A stretch of 32,000 nt of DNA from contig CAZHYN010000010.1 of assembly GCA_964536865.1 (NCBI GenBank), forward strand, positions 22,358 through 54,357, given 5' to 3'. A model generated the notes under the pieces. The model worked only from the letters and a program-made list of their open reading frames with translations. It had not been told where the DNA came from and made no database searches. Every line of letters starts with the position of its first letter. The stretch's first letter is position 1. Position numbers and translations under genes: made by a program. This DNA comes from an uncultured Planctomycetia bacterium (GTDB lineage: Bacteria; Omnitrophota; Gorgyraeia; Duberdicusellales; 4484-171). This document shows positions 27,012 to 32,000 of the stretch, one piece after another.

Positions 27012-28421
27012 ATGTTACAGTTATACAGTAAAGCTTTACACCAAAAAGATACAAAGGCAAATCCCAGCCCATTTTTAATGGGCTGGGTTAACCCAGCTCT
27101 TTCAGAAGAAAGGGCTGTCCTTCGGACAAATTTTTCTAATGAAAAATTTGGGTTTAAGATTCTTCATATTGATGGAGTTACTTTAATCTTTTCTCATTTG
27201 AAAGACTTTTCTACTGCAGGAATGGGGATATTTATAAGGGTAGGTGCGCGTTATGAGCCTAAACGGCTGAAAGGAATTGCCCATTTTACTGAACATATGG
27301 TTTTTAAGGGAACAAAGAGATTTTCTTATCGGGATATAAAGAGAGAAATTGAAGGGAGAGGGGGAATAATCAACGGATACACTTCCCAGGAGGTTACTGC
27401 CTACTATGCTCAGTTTCTAAAGAAGAACTTAAAAATTACCGCAGAGATTCTTCTTGATATGGTGACTTATCCTTCTTTTGAAGCCTCTCAGATAGAGAGA
27501 GAAAGAGGGGTGATTTTAGAAGAAATCAAGATGTATAATGATTTACCTAATTTTAGAGCTCTCTCTCTTTTAGATAAGATTCTCTGGGAAAATCATCCCT
27601 TGGGGGATGAAGTAATTGGGGAGGCCAGGACAGTAGAAAATATAAAGAAGAGAGATTTAGAACATTTCCAACGCAGTTACTATCTACCTTCTCGTATGGT
27701 TATTTGTTGCGTGGGAGATTTTCGTTATGAAAGCTTAATTAAGTTAATAAAAAAGAAACTATTAGTTTCCTCTAAAGGAAAAAAGAGATTAAAAATTTTC
27801 TCTCCTCCTCATTTAAAGAAGAGAAAGATCTTAATAGAAACTAAAAGTTTAGACCAAACTCATTTATGTGTAGGTTTTAGAGGAGTTTCATATAGAAGTA
27901 AATATAGGTTAGTTGTAGAACTCATTCATGTAATTATGGGAGCAAATATGAGCTCTCGACTTTTTGAAGAAGTGAGAGAGAAGAGAGGTTTATGTTACGA
28001 TATTTCTACCGAGGTAAAAAAATATCGAGATAGTGGAGCATTTATTATACATTTAGGTTTAGATAGAAATAATGTAGATATAGCTTTTAAGTGTATATTA
28101 AGAGAACTAAAAAAGATGAAGGATAAGTTGGTTTCCTCTAAAGAATTATCTCGAGCAAAAGATTTTTTGATTGGTCAAATGGCTATGAATTTAGAAAGAC
28201 CACAGGGGAGACTATTTTATTTAGCAGATTCCTATTTGGCTTTATCAAAGGTATATACTCTTGAGGAATTGAAGGATATGATTCACCGCATAGATAAAGC
28301 CACCATTCAGAGACTTTCAAAGGAAGTCTTTGATTTTCAAAGAGTTTGCGTTACATGTGTAGGTAATGTAGATAAAAATTTAAAGGAGCGTTTTCTCAAG
28401 ATAATAGAAAAGGAGGTTTAG
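27012..28421 (+). CDS. M16 family (pitrilysin/insulinase-like) zinc peptidase
   Basis: Inverted zinc motif HFTEHMVFKGT (HxxEH), a downstream ERGVILEEI glutamate, and the two-domain M16 length. Start is uncertain: ATG 27012 or ATG 27078. The first ~35 residues are non-conserved and overlap the GC-rich hairpins. Confidence 0.88.
   Translation: MLQLYSKALHQKDTKANPSPFLMGWVNPALSEERAVLRTNFSNEKFGFKILHIDGVTLIFSHLKDFSTAGMGIFIRVGARYEPKRLKGIAHFTEHMVFKGTKRFSYRDIKREIEGRGGIINGYTSQEVTAYYAQFLKKNLKITAEILLDMVTYPSFEASQIERERGVILEEIKMYNDLPNFRALSLLDKILWENHPLGDEVIGEARTVENIKKRDLEHFQRSYYLPSRMVICCVGDFRYESLIKLIKKKLLVSSKGKKRLKIFSPPHLKKRKILIETKSLDQTHLCVGFRGVSYRSKYRLVVELIHVIMGANMSSRLFEEVREKRGLCYDISTEVKKYRDSGAFIIHLGLDRNNVDIAFKCILRELKKMKDKLVSSKELSRAKDFLIGQMAMNLERPQGRLFYLADSYLALSKVYTLEELKDMIHRIDKATIQRLSKEVFDFQRVCVTCVGNVDKNLKERFLKIIEKEV
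27063..27135 (+). promoter_or_regulatory. cluster of four overlapping, mutually exclusive stem-loops (possible attenuator-like or translational switch)
   Basis: A: 27063-27087, 10 bp, CCCAGCCCAT/ATGGGCTGGG. B: 27080-27099, 8 bp, loop TTAA. C: 27094-27117, 10 bp, loop AGAA. D: 27116-27128, 5 bp, followed by AAATTTTTCT. Adjacent hairpins share bases. The in-frame ATG 27078 sits in A and B. Confidence 0.4.
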
Positions 28422-28796
28422 CTGAGACTTTCCAAGAAGGATAGGTATATAAGAGAGAAAGCTATAAAAATTTTAAAATTCACTCTAAAGAAGAAACCTA
28501 TAAGACCCTTGATTTTGGATTTAAGAAATCTTTCAGGTTTTTGTGATTACTTTATAATTTGCTCTGGAGAATCGCAGCGTCAAGTTAGAGCAATATACGA
28601 GGAAGTTTTAGAATCCTGTAAAAAAGAGAAAGTCGAAATCCACCACAAAGAAGAAGATAATGAATCTCAGTGGCTCTTAATTGATTTTTTTGATGTAGTG
28701 CTACATATTTTTCTGGAAGAGAAAAGAAAATTTTATGATATAGAGCATCTTTGGAGAGAAGCAAAAAGGATTCATCTTCCAAAAAATCTTTCCTGA
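28422..28796 (+). CDS. rsfS: ribosomal silencing factor RsfS (iojap family)
   Basis: DYFIICSGESQRQVRAI, WLLIDFFDVVLHIF and YDIEHLW motifs. The track ORF (TTG 28509) removes the conserved N-terminal helix and strand (..EKAIKILKFTLKKKPIRPLILDL). The frame is open back to TAG 28419-28421, and CTG 28422 lies 5 nt after AGGAGG. The minimal version is 28509-28796. Confidence 0.8.
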   Translation: MRLSKKDRYIREKAIKILKFTLKKKPIRPLILDLRNLSGFCDYFIICSGESQRQVRAIYEEVLESCKKEKVEIHHKEEDNESQWLLIDFFDVVLHIFLEEKRKFYDIEHLWREAKRIHLPKNLS

Positions 28797-28840
28797 TTTT
28801 TATAAAAAATAATTTTTTTTATAAAAAAATAGAAAAACTA

Positions 28841-28868
28841 TTGACAAATTTTATAAATTTGTTATAAA
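28841..28868 (+). promoter_or_regulatory. near-consensus sigma70-type promoter with extended -10 and upstream A/T tracts
   Basis: TTGACA (28841-28846), a 16-nt spacer, then TGT-TATAAA (TGn 28860-28862, -10 at 28863-28868). Preceded by the AT palindromes TTTTTATAAAAA and T8ATAA7 (28796-28830), which could act as an UP element. Confidence 0.6.
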
Positions 28869-28914
28869 TTAAATTAGGAAGTAAAAATAGTAAAAGTAAA
28901 AAAGGAGGTGGTTG

Positions 28915-28986
28915 ATGGCAGTTAAAAAGAAAAAAGCAGCAAAGAAAGCAACCAAGAAAAAGGCTGCTAAGAAGAAAAAGAAATAG
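28915..28986 (+). CDS. small Lys/Ala-rich basic peptide (23 aa: MAVKKKKAAKKATKKKAAKKKKK), absent from the ORF track
   Basis: AAGGAGG (28903-28909) lies 5 nt upstream of ATG 28915. Its own strong promoter is at 28841-28868, and a strong terminator lies downstream at 29084-29108. The long antisense track ORF 28869..29096 is the Phe-rich mirror image of this low-complexity stretch. Confidence 0.55.
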   Translation: MAVKKKKAAKKATKKKAAKKKKK

Positions 28987-29083
28987 GATGGTTGTGGAGT
29001 AAGATTAAATCCACAACAAAAAAAGATTTCTCGGAAGAAAGCAGCTAAGAAGAAATAAATAGGGGAAGCAACAAGGAAAGTAG

Positions 29084-29120
29084 AGGCCCGCTTCAAAGAA
29101 GCGGGCCTTAATAATTTAAT
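29084..29120 (+). terminator. intrinsic terminator-like GC-rich hairpin
   Basis: AGGCCCGCTTC / AAA / GAAGCGGGCCT: a perfect 11-bp stem (29084-29108) followed by TAATAATTTAAT. The tail is only moderately U-rich. Confidence 0.6.
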
Positions 29121-29161
29121 AATAATTTAATAAAAGGTATGAATATCATTTAGCCAAATCT

Positions 29162-29407
29162 GTGTTAGATAGTATACTGGAGAAGGTAAAAAACTTTCCC
29201 AATATTATAGGCATCTCTTCTGTTCGAGTAAAAATAGGTAATCTTAAGATGGTAAGCAGTCAAAGTTCTCAAGAGGCTTTCTCCCAACTTGCTCAGAGAA
29301 CTCTTTGTGAGGAAGCCTCTCTCCATATAGAAGAAGTGAAGAGAGATAATCTTACAGTAGAGGCAATAGAAGGTATATTCTCAGATAATTCTACCCTCTC
29401 ACAATAA
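29162..29407 (+). CDS. HypA-like fragment (hydrogenase nickel metallochaperone N-terminal-domain homologue lacking Ni and Zn sites)
   Basis: The ..SVLDSILEKV..VRVKIGNLKMVS..EAFSQLAQRTLCEEASLHIEEV.. pattern resembles the HypA N-terminal domain. There is no MHE N-terminus and no CxxC..CxxC Zn finger. GTG start without a clear SD. Possibly a gene remnant. Confidence 0.35.
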   Translation: MLDSILEKVKNFPNIIGISSVRVKIGNLKMVSSQSSQEAFSQLAQRTLCEEASLHIEEVKRDNLTVEAIEGIFSDNSTLSQ

Positions 29408-29486
29408 GCTCTTGGATAGTTTCTCCTATTATATGTATTCTTAAAAACCCATACTTGTATCCTTTAAATACCTTTATCTTTTTAAG

Positions 29487-29515
29487 TTGAATTTTGCTGA
29501 AGGATAGATTATACT
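29487..29515 (+). promoter_or_regulatory. sigma70-type promoter candidate for the GGDEF-PilZ gene
   Basis: TTGAAT (29487-29492), a 17-nt spacer, then TATACT (29510-29515). ATG 29529 lies only 13 nt past the -10 and has no SD, which implies a very short or absent leader. Confidence 0.45.
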
Positions 29516-29528
29516 GAAGTTAGAAAAA

Positions 29529-30728
29529 ATGAAGTTAAATTTGAAAGAAAAGGCAGTGAGAGTTTTCTCTTCCACAGAATTCCGCATTATTTTTCTAATC
29601 GTAGGATTTCTCACTTTAATAATATTAAGAAGGTCAATGGGTGTTTTTGGATTAGCTCTGGGTTACCTTTACGTGGGGTTTATTTCTTTAGCAGGATTTT
29701 GGTTTGGGATAAAGGGAGGATTGATTTCTGCTACTGTGGCTTCTTTTATATTTCTTTCTGAAGTTAATTTTTTTCATTACGCTGCTTTTAGAGATCTGGT
29801 AATAAGGGGTATGTTTTTAAGATTTCTTATTTACTATTTGGGAGGAATAGGGATGGGTTACCTCTCTAATATAGAAAAAGGGTTAAGAGAACGGCTAAAA
29901 GTTCTAGCTTATTACGATGAACTTACTGGATGTGTGAATTTTAGATGGACGATGACTATTTTAGAGAATGAAATCGCTCGTGCTAATCGTTATTCTAAAA
30001 GTTTAGCTGTAGCAATGGTAGATATTGACCATTTTAAAAAAATAAATGACACTTACGGACACTTAGCGGGTAATGACGTACTAAGATGCTTTGCTCAAAT
30101 TCTTAAAGAGAGTGTACGTAATGTAGATATAGTGGGCAGATACGGAGGAGAAGAGTTTCTTCTTATTTTTCCTGAAGCTACTTCTGAGGATGTTTTAACT
30201 GTATTAAGGAGAATTAGAGATAGGCTATCTCAGACAAGAATCGTTTCTTCTCATTTAAAAGGGGGGATATTTGTTAAATTCAGCGCTGGCGTTGCCTCTT
30301 TTCCTTACAATGGAGAAGATTTAAGTAGTATCCTCTCTTCAGCTGACTCAGCTCTCTATTATGCTAAAAAATCAGGGAGAGATCGTTTCCTGGTAGAAAG
30401 GAGGCGATGGTTGAGATTAAAACCTGCGAAAAAAGTAAAGATAGAGATAAAAGAATCTACAAGTGGTAGAAAGATAGAAGCTAAAGAAGTTTTTAACATC
30501 TCTAGGAGGGGCGTTCTTCTTCTATTCCCCCAGGATATTTCCTCTCAAGAGTTCGTATGTTGCTTCTACTTATCTGAAGGGAAAAATACTCCTGCAGAGT
30601 TTAAGTGTAAGCTTATCCATAAGGATAGATCTAAAGAAGATATTTATCGAGTAGGCGTTTACTTTGTGGATATCCCTAAAGAAGTTCAGGAAGAGATAGA
30701 ATCATTCAAAAATTCCCACCTACCTTAG
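29529..30728 (+). CDS. membrane-bound GGDEF diguanylate cyclase fused to a C-terminal PilZ domain
   Basis: About 4 N-terminal TM helices. GGDEF domain (VDIDHFKKINDTYGH .. RYGGEEF) with an RxxD I-site (RNVD). The C-terminal ~100 aa carry the PilZ signatures RRRWLR (RxxxR) and NISRRG (D/NxSxxG). Confidence 0.85.
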   Translation: MKLNLKEKAVRVFSSTEFRIIFLIVGFLTLIILRRSMGVFGLALGYLYVGFISLAGFWFGIKGGLISATVASFIFLSEVNFFHYAAFRDLVIRGMFLRFLIYYLGGIGMGYLSNIEKGLRERLKVLAYYDELTGCVNFRWTMTILENEIARANRYSKSLAVAMVDIDHFKKINDTYGHLAGNDVLRCFAQILKESVRNVDIVGRYGGEEFLLIFPEATSEDVLTVLRRIRDRLSQTRIVSSHLKGGIFVKFSAGVASFPYNGEDLSSILSSADSALYYAKKSGRDRFLVERRRWLRLKPAKKVKIEIKESTSGRKIEAKEVFNISRRGVLLLFPQDISSQEFVCCFYLSEGKNTPAEFKCKLIHKDRSKEDIYRVGVYFVDIPKEVQEEIESFKNSHLP

Positions 30729-30976
30729 AAGGAGTTTAAAATTCCTAAAGAGTTTTTTAACGAGACAAAACAATTTCAGATTTTCCTCCAGGGGGCGATT
30801 ATTTTCCACTGAAACTAAGGTATATCTCTATAAAATATTGAAGAAATATTTCATTTGAGGGCGGATCATTTTTGGGAGCGTTATATTAACTGTTGCTGAA
30901 AATATATCTAACTTTCTGTTATTCAAGCTGTTATAATAAATTATAAAAGTTCATCTTGAATAATGGGAGGTTAGAG

Positions 30977-32000
30977 ATGAAAAGAAAAAGAAGAAGATGT
31001 GTTTTTTGTGGCTCTTTAAATACAAAAAGACAAGGAAGAATAAGAAGAACAGAGATTTTTTTAAAGAAAGAATCTTAAAAAGTTTACTCAACGATTCTAT
31101 TGTAAAGACTGCGGGGCTCTTTATACTTAGGAAAAGAAAGAGAAGCAAGTATTCTTATGATTTATTTATTGAGATGATTAAACGGCATATAAAAGATAGA
31201 ACTAGTTTAAGAGTCATTGCTAAGAGATTAAGAGAGACTACCCATTCAAAGCTCTCTTCCTTTACTGTATTTAATGCTGTAAAAAGAGCCTCTTTAAATT
31301 CTAAACTTTTAATTGAGATTATAAAGGAGTTGAATCCTTCCTTAACTGGATTTCTCCATCTGGATGGTAAAGCAATAAAGATAAAAGGAGGATCTAAGCA
31401 TTTTTTAACTTTATTTATTAGTTTTGACTCAAAAGGATTCCCATACACCAGAGATTAATTGAAGGAGAGAATAAATTAGAAATTATGAAATTTATGGATG
31501 AAATAGAAAAGGAACTAAATTATCCCTTTAAAAGAATAATCTCTGATATACAGGAAAATATAATTTATTCTCTTCCCTTAAAAAAGCCCAAAATTCCTCA
31601 CCAATTCTGCAAAACTCATCTTTTAGAGGAATAGACAGAATCTTAAGAATACAGCCTATTCACAACCAATTATTTAAACCCACCAAGAAACTAAGAAGAC
31701 TAAAATCTCTGTTTATCTACCCTTACTCTCCTAAAAAAGAATCTCTTTTAAAAGAATTAAGAGCCACTCAGGATAAGATTGCTGGTTTGAAAAGAAAATA
31801 TGAAGATATTTTAACCCTACGCAGGTATTTAAGGATTTATGTGCTAAGCAATACCCCTCAAAAAGTAGAGATTCGCCTTAAAAAGATAAAAAGATTAAGA
31901 ATAAAATATAAGCATAAAAAGAAAATCTATAATCTCCTAACCAATCTTATTAAATATAAAGATAACATCTTTGCTCACTTAAAAACACCTTTCCTTCCCT
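30977..32000 (+). pseudogene. IS-like transposase interrupted by at least four frame breaks; continues past the window edge
   Basis: SD GGGAGG precedes ATG 30977. The reading frame changes four times:
- Zn-ribbon first half CVFCGS in frame 2, to TAA 31076.
- Second half QRFYCKDCGALYT in frame 0, to TAG 31128.
- HTH-like (TSLRVIAKRL) and DDE-like (LHLDGKAIKIKG..FISFDSKG) parts in frame 1, to TAA 31456.
- Continuation in frame 0 (..RIISDIQENIIY..QFCKTHLL), to TAG 31632.
- Frame 2 then stays open to position 32000.
The IS family is not assignable by eye. Confidence 0.6.

Noticed and set aside
16330-29058. UAG reassigned to a sense codon, suggested by three cases of coding-like frame continuing past a TAG (16330, 28419, 28984)
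   Set aside because: TAG terminates several genes at their natural, homology-supported C-termini: the adenosine-kinase-like gene at 6491, the TPR gene at 8335, the kinase at 18363, trpB at 26192 and the M16 peptidase at 28421. An RF1 gene with an intact PVT/GGQ is present. Fusing the M16 peptidase to RsfS makes no biological sense. Near-cognate initiation and local read-through are the more economical explanations.
28869-29096. 75-aa Phe-rich minus-strand ORF as the real gene of the rsfS-downstream gap
   Set aside because: It is the reverse complement of AAA/AAG/GCA repeats. The promoter, SD and terminator signals are all oriented for the + strand K-rich sORF.
2366-31448. Sixteen minus-strand track ORFs of 60-103 aa: 2366..2635, 2598..2795, 3260..3484, 5227..5538, 6384..6587, 6919..7116, 10829..11017, 12816..13010, 13046..13249, 16341..16562, 21252..21563, 22762..22944, 28585..28782, 28869..29096, 30951..31148 and 31155..31448
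   Set aside because: Each lies antisense within a well-supported + strand gene or low-complexity stretch. They have low-complexity or hydrophobic composition, no SD and no recognisable motif. These are typical shadow ORFs of AT-rich DNA.
30997-31458. Track ORF of 153 aa as an intact stand-alone gene
   Set aside because: Its first ~45 codons are an out-of-frame reading of the zinc-ribbon region, and its sequence continues in other frames on both sides. It is treated as one segment of a frameshifted transposase pseudogene.

Overview
AT-rich, very compact bacterial chromosomal segment. Every credible gene (about 36) is on the + strand, and many have overlapping stop/start codons. Most of the content is housekeeping: accD, an orphan sugar-type ABC ATPase, two tandem GGDEF diguanylate cyclases, pgi, an adenosine-specific-kinase-family protein, an LpxL-type acyltransferase (implying a diderm), a TPR protein, polA, glgA, coaE, rho and rpmE. 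These are followed by prfA-prmC-murA joined without gaps to trpGDCFBA (no trpE), an M16 peptidase, rsfS, a GGDEF-PilZ fusion, and a decayed IS-like transposase running off the 3' edge. I see no rRNA, tRNA, CRISPR array, prophage or recognisable defence genes.

The most unusual structure is a perfect 204-bp direct repeat consisting of exactly the whole rpmE (L31) CDS, at 14269-14472 and 18728-18931. It brackets a 4.25-kb cassette: a 294-nt ORF-free leader, a divergent aldehyde dehydrogenase, a 7TM-GAF histidine kinase and a stand-alone receiver. The cassette sits inside the otherwise conserved rho-rpmE-prfA-prmC-murA backbone and carries no integrase or transposase.

Secondary observations:
- An unannotated mini-gene for a 23-aa Lys/Ala-rich peptide, with a near-consensus promoter, strong SD and strong terminator. 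Its in-frame UAG is followed by a hairpin and by more Lys/Ala-rich reading frame.
- Two genes (the histidine kinase and rsfS) whose conserved N-termini can only be reached from non-canonical start codons, each preceded by the identical 12-mer AAGGAGGTTTAG.
- A chain of four mutually exclusive stem-loops between trpA and the M16 peptidase.
- A HypA-like remnant.

All functional calls come from motif recognition by eye; no database search was run.
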